The notes under the pieces were generated by a model, which worked only from the letters and a program-made list of their open reading frames with translations, had not been told where the DNA came from and did no database searches. The translations under genes were made by a program, and so were the position numbers. From the NCBI GenBank assembly GCA_026625185.1, contig CP113000.1, positions 2,205,622 through 2,237,621 on the forward strand: a stretch of DNA of 32,000 nucleotides, read 5' to 3'. Each line of letters starts with the position of its first letter. Within the stretch, counting starts at the first letter, position 1. Source of the stretch: Thermodesulfobacteriota bacterium. Its GTDB lineage: Bacteria; Desulfobacterota; WTBG01; JAGOGO01. This document shows, in pieces, positions 9,366 through 17,833 of this stretch.

Positions 9366-9451
9366 GAGATTTAGATCCTATCTTTCTTACTGGTGTTTAA
9401 AAAAAGGCGAAGAAATTTAGTGAGCGTCAAAAATAAAAAAACGGGGACGGC

Positions 9452-10690
9452 TTAATACCGAGTGCAATGGGCGCAATCCTTTTCAAATTCTCCAATGCTT
9501 TCATCGGTGAGTGTTGGCGAAACACTCTCTATCATTTCCAGAAAAGTTTCCGTTGTGACTTGATAATTTTTTCCCTTCACGTATTCCCGCTCAAAGGCTT
9601 CCTGCCTGACCTTCTCAAAAAGGTATTCAATGTCCGCGGGGGTGAAGAAAGGCATCAAGGAAACGATTTTGCCCACATCTACATTACCATGATTAGTTCC
9701 GGACAGATAATACTCGAAAATAGTTTGACGTCCTTGGCCATCCAAACCTCCGACCGGAATGACGCAGTCGAAACGTCCGGGACGTAACAGCGCCGCATCA
9801 AGTTGCCGGATATAATTGGTGGCGCAGATCAGTAGAATTTTTCGGTCTTGCCTTTTAAGTAAAGGTACCTGTTTGAGAAACTCGTTCGTGATGGATTTAT
9901 CAATGCGGGAAGCGTTATCGCGGCTGGTTGCGATTTCTTCAAACTCATCGATGAATACCACCGCTTCGTCAAGTTTGCGGATTTTTTCCATCAATCGCAT
10001 GAGGTTGATGCCTAAGCGATCCTCCCCTTCAACCATCAAGATGCTGGGATTAACCTCAATATACCACCACTGGAGCACTCCCGCAATTGCTCGTACAAAG
10101 TGGGTCTTACCTGTACCCGGAGGGCCAAAAAAAATAATGGTCCGAGGGGGGATGACCCCGTGTTTGCGGGCGAGGTCGGCCTCTTTAAGGGGAAGAATTA
10201 TTCTTTTCTTCACGATTTGTTTGGGTGGCTGAGTATCAGAGATTGTATCCCAAATCGATCGGTCTATGATCTGGGCGCCAAGTTCTTTGAGTAGGCTAAT
10301 CTTTTCTTCTTCGTCTGGACCTTTTTGCATGGGTTCCACATTTTCGACAAAGTCCAAACACGCAACCTTGATACCCACATCTCGGTCTATCTTTTGTGAC
10401 AGGAACCACTTGTGTTGCAGGATTTTCGGCCAAAGTTCGCCGGCGATTTCGGGCTCAAACTTGTAGCCGGTATAGTTGAAAATCTGTATAGCACATTCTT
10501 CCGGGAAAAGATTATCAGCATCGATGGGAATAGGTGCTGTTGTTCGTTCGGTTGTAAAAACGGATTCCATTGAAACTAAGTCCTTAATAAAAGCTAGTGA
10601 TTCGATTGGAGTGGGCCAGTGAATGCATCTCTTACTATGGATTGAGTGATAAATGGCTGCTTTAACATAATTACGACAAATGATCGTCAA
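9452..10690 (-). CDS. AAA+ ATPase (classical AAA clade) with an uncharacterised N-terminal domain
   Basis: Walker A GPPGTGKTH, Walker B VVFIDEFEE, second region of homology ATNYIRQLDAALLRPGRFD. The N-terminal ~170 aa (KWFLSQKIDRDVGIKVA) faintly resembles DUF4032 from memory. The track start is TTG; an ATG at 10568-10570 is an alternative. Confidence 0.8.
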   Translation of the reverse strand: MTIICRNYVKAAIYHSIHSKRCIHWPTPIESLAFIKDLVSMESVFTTERTTAPIPIDADNLFPEECAIQIFNYTGYKFEPEIAGELWPKILQHKWFLSQKIDRDVGIKVACLDFVENVEPMQKGPDEEEKISLLKELGAQIIDRSIWDTISDTQPPKQIVKKRIILPLKEADLARKHGVIPPRTIIFFGPPGTGKTHFVRAIAGVLQWWYIEVNPSILMVEGEDRLGINLMRLMEKIRKLDEAVVFIDEFEEIATSRDNASRIDKSITNEFLKQVPLLKRQDRKILLICATNYIRQLDAALLRPGRFDCVIPVGGLDGQGRQTIFEYYLSGTNHGNVDVGKIVSLMPFFTPADIEYLFEKVRQEAFEREYVKGKNYQVTTETFLEMIESVSPTLTDESIGEFEKDCAHCTRY

Positions 10691-11067
10691 TAAAGTTCTC
10701 CGTAAAAAAGAGGGGTATAAGTTACAGAATAAATCGCGTAATGGTTTCCTAACACGCCCTTTTATTTTTTAAATTAAATTTTCTTAATGAATGCTTAGAT
10801 TCGGTTGCTTTTCGGTCTCATTCCCTTCCGGCCATGGATTTTGCTTTCGTAAAATAAATAGGCCGAGCTTACCGTTACGTATGATTTGGTCTATTTTTAA
10901 TGAAAAATTAGTTAGAAAATTGTTTCCACTTTGGTTATTTTTTTGATAAAATTATTATCTAAAAAATAAGTCTCTTTTTTAAAAATCCACATGCTTATTT
11001 TCGGCCCTGACGAAAAGAAAAGCATAGGTGCTTGCCCATTCTGTTATTAGCCGAGAGAAAAAACAAA

Positions 11068-12159
11068 ATGTCAGTCTTTATGCCGCGAAAGATTTACATT
11101 CATCCTGCCGTTCTGAACGATCCGATTACTCAAGGCATCGTAGAGAAGCTGCCGGAGATTCCCGTGGAAGTGCAGAGCAAGCCGAGGATAAAAGCAGAGG
11201 AAGAGACTGATCCGGTTGAAGCCGGAAAACAGATCTGGTTTTTAACTTCATCGCCCGGCCAGCTGGTCAAGGAATGTCCTGCCACGCCCCGGCAGCTTTG
11301 TTGCCGCTATCGGGTAATTAATATTATTACCAACTGCCCGATTGATTGCAGTTACTGTATTCTTCAGGGATATCTTAACAATCCCTTTATTACCATTAAC
11401 GTAAACCTTGAAGATATAAAGGGTCAGGTTACCGAGCTCCTTCGATCTGATCCTCAACATATTTTTCGTATTGGAACCGGAGAACTTTCGGATAGTCTGG
11501 CTTTGGAGGAATACACGGGTTTTTCTTTTCTTTTGGCAAGCTTTTTCCTTTCCCGGAAAAACGGTTTTTTTGAAATCAAAACCAAGTCTCATCACATCGA
11601 AGAACTTCTAAAACTTGATCCGCAGGGAAAGGTAGGAATATCCTGGTCAGTCAACCCTGAAGATATTATTCAGCAGGAGGAAAAAGGAGCGTCAACCTTA
11701 GCGCTTCGTTTAAAAGCCGCGGCGCGCGGTATGGAGAGAGGATATTTGATCGGTTTTCACTTTGACCCCATAATTCACTATCCCGGGTGGGAAGAAAAAT
11801 ACCACGCGGTGGTGAACGCTATTTATGCTTCCCTTAAACCGGATCGGATTATATGGATAAGCGTAGGGGGATTCCGTTACCCGAGATTTTTAAAACCAAT
11901 AATCCGGGAGCGTTTCCCGCAGAGCAATATACTGTGCGGAGAGCTTTTGCCTGGGCGGGATGGAAAATTTCGCTACCTCAAAACCATTCGAGTTGAGATG
12001 TACCGAAAAATAGTTGACTGGATACGAGCCTATAATCCAAAACAGTTTATTTACCTTTGCATGGAAAGTGCTGAAGTTTGGGACCAGGTTTTTGGTTTTC
12101 ATCCGACTAACCGGAATGAACTGGACCGGCTTTTCTCCGCGCGGATCAGGGAATTTTAG
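11068..12159 (+). CDS. Spore-photoproduct-lyase family radical SAM protein (SplB-like)
   Basis: CPIDCSYCILQGYLN supplies the CxxxCxxC radical SAM cluster in the SPL-family context. The N-terminus is IYIHPAVLNDPITQGIV. I prefer the ATG at 11068 (MSVFMPRKIY) over 11032. Confidence 0.7.
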   Translation: MSVFMPRKIYIHPAVLNDPITQGIVEKLPEIPVEVQSKPRIKAEEETDPVEAGKQIWFLTSSPGQLVKECPATPRQLCCRYRVINIITNCPIDCSYCILQGYLNNPFITINVNLEDIKGQVTELLRSDPQHIFRIGTGELSDSLALEEYTGFSFLLASFFLSRKNGFFEIKTKSHHIEELLKLDPQGKVGISWSVNPEDIIQQEEKGASTLALRLKAAARGMERGYLIGFHFDPIIHYPGWEEKYHAVVNAIYASLKPDRIIWISVGGFRYPRFLKPIIRERFPQSNILCGELLPGRDGKFRYLKTIRVEMYRKIVDWIRAYNPKQFIYLCMESAEVWDQVFGFHPTNRNELDRLFSARIREF

Positions 12160-12212
12160 AAACATTGATAATTTTTTAAATAAATAACTATCTGGCCAAG
12201 GAGGGTTTTTCA

Positions 12213-12836
12213 ATGAGGTTATCTGAATATCGAGGATTTATCGTTTTCTTTTTTCTTATGGTAATACTTTTGTCGGGGTGCGCTTCCAATTCTCCCGTAA
12301 CACCAAATGCTTCACCGAATATCTCTGAAACCGCAGGTAAACAATCATCCTTTCCGGTTTTTGACCTTCCGATCCCGCAAAATGTTGTGTACAAGAATTA
12401 TCTGGGAATATCGGGCTGGGGAAGATTTAAAATTTCGCAAATTAAAAGCCCGGTGATCATTATTGCAGTTTTTAGCACCGATTGCCCCCATTGCCGGAAT
12501 ACTGCCCCCAGGCTTAACGAACTTTACCAAGCAATCCAAGATCGCTCCGACCTGAAAGAGAAAATTAAGATAATTGGTATCCTGGACAGTTACGCTCATG
12601 ATGTTGATTTATTCCGAGCGAAGTATGAACTATCCTTTCCTCTTTTCCCGGGACAAGAGAGCGTAATCAGCAAAAAACTTAATGTTAATTACCTTCCTAA
12701 GATTTTTGTCGTCAAAAACAATGATGGGAAAATGGAAGAGTTTTATAACAAAACCGGTGAGTTTTTGTTTTGGAATCCAAATCGGTTTTTGGAAAAAATA
12801 ATTAAACTGTCACAATTAGAAACGGGGGGGCAATAA
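12213..12836 (+). CDS. Thioredoxin-fold thiol:disulfide oxidoreductase lipoprotein (TlpA/AhpC-TSA-like)
   Basis: Signal peptide with lipobox LLSGC. CPHC active-site motif (FSTDCPHCRN). Confidence 0.75.
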   Translation: MRLSEYRGFIVFFFLMVILLSGCASNSPVTPNASPNISETAGKQSSFPVFDLPIPQNVVYKNYLGISGWGRFKISQIKSPVIIIAVFSTDCPHCRNTAPRLNELYQAIQDRSDLKEKIKIIGILDSYAHDVDLFRAKYELSFPLFPGQESVISKKLNVNYLPKIFVVKNNDGKMEEFYNKTGEFLFWNPNRFLEKIIKLSQLETGGQ

Positions 12837-12889
12837 AAAAACGTCGGTCCGAATCCGTGAGAAGATGACAACCTTTAATTTTCTATTTC

Positions 12890-12921
12890 GAACCCCTGCT
12901 TCGTCGGGGTTCTTTGTTTTT
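12890..12921 (+). terminator. Rho-independent terminator after the thioredoxin-like gene
   Basis: Stem gaacccc / ggggttc with a 9-nt loop, followed by tttgttttt. Confidence 0.65.
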
Positions 12922-12938
12922 AGAACATTTTATTTTTC

Positions 12939-13141
12939 TTGACTTTTTTATAGAAAAAGGTTAAAAATAAAAAAAATTATTTGACCAAAATAAATGTTTT
13001 TAGGATGACTTGATCGGAAACCCAATCTAATGAACTTGAAAAAGAATCCTTTTGAGATGAGTGCGAGGAGAAGGATTTAAATGAGTTTAAAATAAGGCCG
13101 CATTGCCGGATAGAAAAGGTGAGAGGCCTTTTCCGTTTTTT
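12939..13141 (+). ncRNA. Promoter plus small RNA/leader module, copy A (diverged, with ~45-nt insertion)
   Basis: TTGACT (12939-12944), 17-bp spacer, TAAAAA(T). Then the conserved core ttgagatgagtgcgagga...aatgag...aaggccgcattgccggatagaaaaggtgagaggcctttt followed by a T-run. Homologous to 18934-19075 and 21638-21781. Confidence 0.4.
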
Positions 13142-13363
13142 GGGGACGGAAAATATTTGGTCGCAGCGTTCCAAACTTATAGGGAGATTACCGGGCTTGT
13201 TTTTTCATGACCAAAGTTGCAGGTATTAGTTTGAAAAAGAAAAAAACAGGTCGTCTCAAAGAAAAGAGTTGCTGACCCTGAGGAAGTTTACACTTGGTTG
13301 CCTTGATAGGTGTGAGAATAGATAAGTTAAATCATCCTTAATAACAAAGGAAGGGATATCTGA

Positions 13364-15349
13364 ATGCCCGAAGCAGAAGATCTTTTAAAAGAAGGGCAAT
13401 CATATTTTTTAGGGGGGGATTATGAAAGAGCGATACCTTATTTTAAAGAAGCAATAGATAAAAATTCTCTTATTGCCGGAGCCTACTTTGGTTTAGGCTC
13501 TGCTTTTAGCAGGCTCGGTCGCTACCCGGAAGCCGTGGAAGCTCTTAAACAAGCTGTAAGCCTGCACCCGGGTGACGCTGAAGCCCACCGTAATCTGGGC
13601 GGGGCTTATTACAACCTCGGCCGCTATCAGGAAGCAGTTGAAGCTCTTAAACAGGCTATCCGCCTGCACCCGGATGATGCCTATGCGCACTGTATTTTGG
13701 GGGGGGCCTATATAAACTTCGGCCGCTCTGAGGAAGCCGTGGAAGCTTTTAAACAGGCTATCAGCCTGAACTCGGGTGAAGCCTACGTCCACTCTCTTCT
13801 GGGCGGGGCTTATATGGACCTGGGCCGTCACCAGGAAGCCGTGGAAGCTTTTAAACAGGCTATCAGCCTGAACCCGGATGATGCAGATGCCTACATTAAC
13901 CTGGGCGAGGCTTATTTCAAGTTCGGCCGTCACCAGGAAGCCGTGGAGGCTATTAAAAAGTCCATCAGCCTGAAACCGGATGATTCCTACGGGCATTGTA
14001 TTTTGGGCGGGGCTTATATGAACCTGGGCCGTCATCAGGATGCCGTGGAAGCTTTTAAACAGGCTATCAGCCTGAACCCGGATGATGCTTACGCCCATTG
14101 TATTCTGGGTGGGGCCTATATGAACCTGGGCCGCTATCAGGAAGCCATGGAAGCTCTTAAACAGGCTATCAGCCTAAATCCTGATGATGTAGATGTAGAT
14201 GCCCACAATAACCTGGCCGAGGCTTATTTCAAACTCGGTCGCCATCTAGAAGCAGTGGAAGCTATTAAGCAGGCTATCGACCTGAAACCGGATTTTGCTG
14301 ATGCACACCGTATTCTGGGCGGTGCTTGTTATAACCTGGGCCGTTATCAGGAAGCAGTGGAAGCTTATAAACAGGTTGTCAGCCTGCATTCGGATGATGC
14401 CTATGCTCACTATAACCTGGGTGAGGCTTATGTCAAGCTGGGCCGGCATCCGGACGCCGTGGAAGCTTATAAACAGGCTATCCGGCTGAACCCGGATTTT
14501 CCTGAAGCCCACTATAAACTGGGAAAGAATTATGACACGCTCGGCCGTCAAAAAGAAGCAGTGGACGCTATTAAACAGGCTATCCGCTTAAACCCGAACA
14601 ATGTAGATGCCCACCATAACCTGGGGGTGATTTATTTCAAGCTGGGCCGGCATGAGGAAGCACTGGAAGCTTATAAACAAGCCGTCCTCCTTAAACCCGC
14701 TGATGCTTACGCCCACTGTATTTTGGGTGGGGCTTATATGAACCCAGGCCGCCATGAGGAAGCGGTGGAAACCTTTAAACAGGCTATTGTTCTTAAACCG
14801 GATGATCCCTACGCCTACTATAACCTGGGGGTGAATTATTTCGAGCTGGACCGCCATCAGGAAGCAGTGGACGCTTTTAAACAGGCTGTCCGCCTAAAGC
14901 CCGATTTTGCCGATGTTCACAATAACCTGGGTAAAAATTATGACACGCTTGGCCGCCATCTGGAGGCTGTGGAAGCTTTTAAACTGGCGGTCCGCCTGAA
15001 ACCCGATTTTGCTGAAGCCCACTATAACCTGGGGGTGAATTATAGCAAGCTCGGTCAGCATAAAGAAGCCGTGGAAGCTTTTAAACAGGCTATCCTTCTG
15101 AACCCGGATGATGCCGATGCCCACTATAACCTGGGTATGGTTTATTTCAAGCTCGGTCGTCATCAGGAAGCAGTGAAAGCTTTTAAACAGACTATCTTTC
15201 TGAAACCGGATTTTGCCGATGCCCACTATAATCTGGGAATAATTTTTTTATTTCTCCACAATAAAGGCTCAGCCCTGGAGGAATATAAAATTTTGAAAGA
15301 TTTGAATCAAGATAAGGGTGATGAGTTGTTTAACGCAATTTATGAATAA
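13364..15349 (+). CDS. TPR repeat protein (~19 consecutive 34-aa TPR units)
   Basis: Near-identical units such as HQEAVEAFKQAISLNPDDAYAHCILGGAYMNLGR repeat along the whole protein. Confidence 0.9.
   Translation: MPEAEDLLKEGQSYFLGGDYERAIPYFKEAIDKNSLIAGAYFGLGSAFSRLGRYPEAVEALKQAVSLHPGDAEAHRNLGGAYYNLGRYQEAVEALKQAIRLHPDDAYAHCILGGAYINFGRSEEAVEAFKQAISLNSGEAYVHSLLGGAYMDLGRHQEAVEAFKQAISLNPDDADAYINLGEAYFKFGRHQEAVEAIKKSISLKPDDSYGHCILGGAYMNLGRHQDAVEAFKQAISLNPDDAYAHCILGGAYMNLGRYQEAMEALKQAISLNPDDVDVDAHNNLAEAYFKLGRHLEAVEAIKQAIDLKPDFADAHRILGGACYNLGRYQEAVEAYKQVVSLHSDDAYAHYNLGEAYVKLGRHPDAVEAYKQAIRLNPDFPEAHYKLGKNYDTLGRQKEAVDAIKQAIRLNPNNVDAHHNLGVIYFKLGRHEEALEAYKQAVLLKPADAYAHCILGGAYMNPGRHEEAVETFKQAIVLKPDDPYAYYNLGVNYFELDRHQEAVDAFKQAVRLKPDFADVHNNLGKNYDTLGRHLEAVEAFKLAVRLKPDFAEAHYNLGVNYSKLGQHKEAVEAFKQAILLNPDDADAHYNLGMVYFKLGRHQEAVKAFKQTIFLKPDFADAHYNLGIIFLFLHNKGSALEEYKILKDLNQDKGDELFNAIYE
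13480..15230 (+). repeat. 102-bp tandem DNA periodicity underlying the TPR array
   Basis: Strings such as caggaagccgtggaagcttttaaacaggctatcagcctgaacccggatgatgc recur every 102 nt with few changes. Confidence 0.8.
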
Positions 15350-15492
15350 TGCTAAGAGAAATAACCGGAGCTTGTCGAAGTGCCAGGTGGTGGAGAAGTG
15401 AAGGAATTTGTGTAGTCCGACAAGAACACTAATCTAGGAAGAAGTTGAAGTTTTGAAGTCGCGTTTTTAAATAGAACTAATAAAAAAAGGCG

Positions 15493-15843
15493 ATGGATAT
15501 GAAAAAAATTATTGTGATACTGCTCGCAGTGATTGCCGTTGCTGTTCTTTGGTTTTATTTTACTCACGTCCGGGCGGTACCTATCAAAGACGTCCTGGAT
15601 GATCCCGGTAAATATCAGTCCAAGCCGGTGACCATTTCCGGTCAGGTTGTCGATAGAATGTCGGTGGTATTAGTAAAGTATTTTAAATTGCAGGACAAGA
15701 GTGGCGAAATCACCGTGGTTACACAAAAGGCGCTGCCCGCTATCGGTAAAAAAGTGCGCGTAACCGGAACGCCGGAGCAGAGCTTCGTTATTGGGAAAGA
15801 ACAGTTGCTCGTGTTTATAGAGCAAGATAAAGAAGAAAGGTGA
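15493..15843 (+). CDS. Hypothetical membrane-anchored small protein
   Basis: N-terminal TM helix IIVILLAVIAVAVLWFYF followed by a ~85-aa beta-rich-looking domain. No family recognised with confidence. Confidence 0.5.
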   Translation: MDMKKIIVILLAVIAVAVLWFYFTHVRAVPIKDVLDDPGKYQSKPVTISGQVVDRMSVVLVKYFKLQDKSGEITVVTQKALPAIGKKVRVTGTPEQSFVIGKEQLLVFIEQDKEER

Positions 15844-15951
15844 ACATTTTTTGCTTGCCATTACTAAGGAACCAACCGTTTTGATTTTCAACAACGTTTC
15901 CTAAACCGGTTAAAATACCATGCGAGTGATCTTTATTTCCCAACCAACTGA

Positions 15952-16152
15952 AGAGATGGCACTATCAGCCCCTCCATTGGAATCCGAATTTACCCGAATA
16001 CAGAATTAGCAAAAATCGCACTCGATGAGGGAGTGATCAGATTATCTGATGATTTGCAGTTTCCGAAATTCTACCTGGCCAAAGGACTTGAAAGGTGGAT
16101 ACACCAGACCGTAAATAACTGGATGGCTTCTCGACCATTTAGCCATAGATAA
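15952..16152 (+). pseudogene. C-terminal remnant of a B12-binding-type radical SAM protein (about 66 codons, no start)
   Basis: Manual translation: RDGTISPSIGIRIYPNTELAKIALDEGVIRLSDDLQFPKFYLAKGLERWIHQTVNNWMASRPFSHR-stop. This resembles the conserved C-terminal tail (YPGT.L...A...G.I...DLL.P.FY) of cobalamin-binding radical SAM enzymes. The frame is closed by TGA at 15949-15951. Confidence 0.4.
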
Positions 16153-16238
16153 TCCTTTTTAGGGAGTATTACCAGATTAAGATTCGTGAGATAAAGGCCA
16201 AGAGTATCCTTTCAAAATCTCAGGTTTATGATTATGCT

Positions 16239-16925
16239 TTGAATCCTTATGTCGGATGCCGGCATGCCTGCCTTTATTGCTATGCAAAATTTATGAAGAG
16301 GTTTACCGGCCACAAGGAGACCTGGGGGGATTTTGTCGATGTAAAAATAAATGCCCCTGAACTTTTGGCCCATGAGGTGAAAAGAAAAAAGATCGGGAGA
16401 GTATGGATAAGCGGGGTGTGTGATCCCTATCAGCCTTTGGAGAAAAGATATGCGATTACGAGAAGATGTCTTGAGATACTCGTGGCCAATAGGTGGCCTT
16501 TTACCCTCCAGACTAAATCCACTCTCGTCCTTAGAGATATCCCAATCCTGAAGCTGGCAAACGACAGCGAGGTTGGATTTACTATTACCACGGCAAATGA
16601 GCGCCTAAGGAAGATCTTTGAACCGGGTGCCTCTTCAGTAAAGAAAAGGATAGGGGCATTAGCGACCCTTCATTCCAAAGGGATTAAGACTTATGCCATG
16701 ATAGCTCCGATCCTTCCGGATTCAGAGGGGGTGGTTAATGCGCTCAAGGGTAACGTTGATTATGTGATCCTTGATCGGTTAAACTACCATTACGCGGATT
16801 GGGCATACAAACAATATGGGTTGGCGATGGCCACTAAAGACAGCTTTTTTTCGCAAAAAGGCGAGGCGTTAAGGAAGGCGTTTGAAAAAGAGGGGATTCC
16901 GTGCCAAGTCGTATTTAGCATTTAA
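16239..16925 (+). CDS. Radical SAM protein of the COG1533 / SplB-like DNA-repair-photolyase group
   Basis: NPYVGCRHACLYCYA supplies the CxxxCxxC cluster in the typical COG1533 context. Family-like sequence (IKIREIKAKSILSKSQVYDYAL) continues upstream of the TTG at 16239 as far as the stop at 16146-16148. No ATG/GTG/TTG lies in that stretch. Confidence 0.7.
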   Translation: MNPYVGCRHACLYCYAKFMKRFTGHKETWGDFVDVKINAPELLAHEVKRKKIGRVWISGVCDPYQPLEKRYAITRRCLEILVANRWPFTLQTKSTLVLRDIPILKLANDSEVGFTITTANERLRKIFEPGASSVKKRIGALATLHSKGIKTYAMIAPILPDSEGVVNALKGNVDYVILDRLNYHYADWAYKQYGLAMATKDSFFSQKGEALRKAFEKEGIPCQVVFSI

Positions 16926-17159
16926 AAAATGCACTTACCAGAGAGTCGGGTGAGGGTATTTGCCCGACAAGGGATAACCGGAAGAAAGCAAGCTCCGTTT
17001 ATTTATAGAAAATCTAAGGTTTTGCTAAGACTTAAATTTTATTTTTTCAAGAACCAGTGCTATAATATTATTAGCCGGTTCATTAATAATAGATAGTTTT
17101 AAATCAGGCAATCGACCAATTTATGAACACTTCAGAGATAAAAAGCAGGGCGACCAGTC

Positions 17160-17750
17160 ATGATAAGAAAAGTAATAGATGCAATCATTAACGTACTCAA
17201 ACGATGGGCGAAAACACTCAGGGTGCTTCTCCCGGGAAAAGAAAGGAGCGATGCCCCGAAAAAGAAAGCGGTAGCCTATACCAGCGATATTATCGTGGCG
17301 CGAACCCGTGAGGTCATCAACCGTGCTGGTCAGAAATCGCTGATCACCCGGTTCGCGGAAGAAAACGGCATTGAAGTCGTGGCGTGGTTCGAGGATGAGG
17401 TATATGATGAAGATGTTTTTACACGTCCGGGCATTCAGAAAATGCTGTCATATAAAAAGCCCTACGATATCTTTTTGGTGGAAAGGGTGTGGGCGCTCAG
17501 CCGGAAGATGTTTATCCTAACCGGTTTTTTTAACGTGCTGGGACAGAAGAAAGTAAGACTTCATATTGCCACCCTTTTATGGGACTGCACCTCACAGATG
17601 GTTAGGAGGCTGTTGGCCGGGAAAGGTGTTGTTCCCGCAAAAGTGGTCGAACCGGCTATGGCAGGTAAAGCGTTTCGGATAGTTGAGGTCCGAAGACCGG
17701 AAAAGCCGCACTCCTTAATCGCCCCGCCGATACGAATCCCTGCCGTTTAA
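17160..17750 (+). CDS. Resolvase/invertase N-terminal-domain-like protein (serine recombinase fold, no HTH seen, possibly inactive)
   Basis: AVAYTSD...RFAEENGIEVVAWFEDEV...TRPGIQKMLSYKKPYDIFLVERVWALSR parallels the resolvase pattern YxRVSxxxQ...G..v...f.D.g.SG...RPgl..ll......d.vvv..ldRlsR. The conserved Arg before the catalytic Ser is missing. Confidence 0.4.
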   Translation: MIRKVIDAIINVLKRWAKTLRVLLPGKERSDAPKKKAVAYTSDIIVARTREVINRAGQKSLITRFAEENGIEVVAWFEDEVYDEDVFTRPGIQKMLSYKKPYDIFLVERVWALSRKMFILTGFFNVLGQKKVRLHIATLLWDCTSQMVRRLLAGKGVVPAKVVEPAMAGKAFRIVEVRRPEKPHSLIAPPIRIPAV

Positions 17751-17833
17751 AAGCCTGCCTCTTTAAAATATTTTAACCTTTCGCCAGGCTTCATAATCAG
17801 GGTAGTTTTCCCGTGCCTGGTAGCCCTAAAACT

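Noticed and set aside
13493-15226. Long minus-strand ORFs inside the TPR gene (for example 13493-14098, 201 aa)
   Set aside because: They are an artefact of the 102-bp periodic repeat, which keeps the antisense frame open. The sense frame encodes textbook TPR units.
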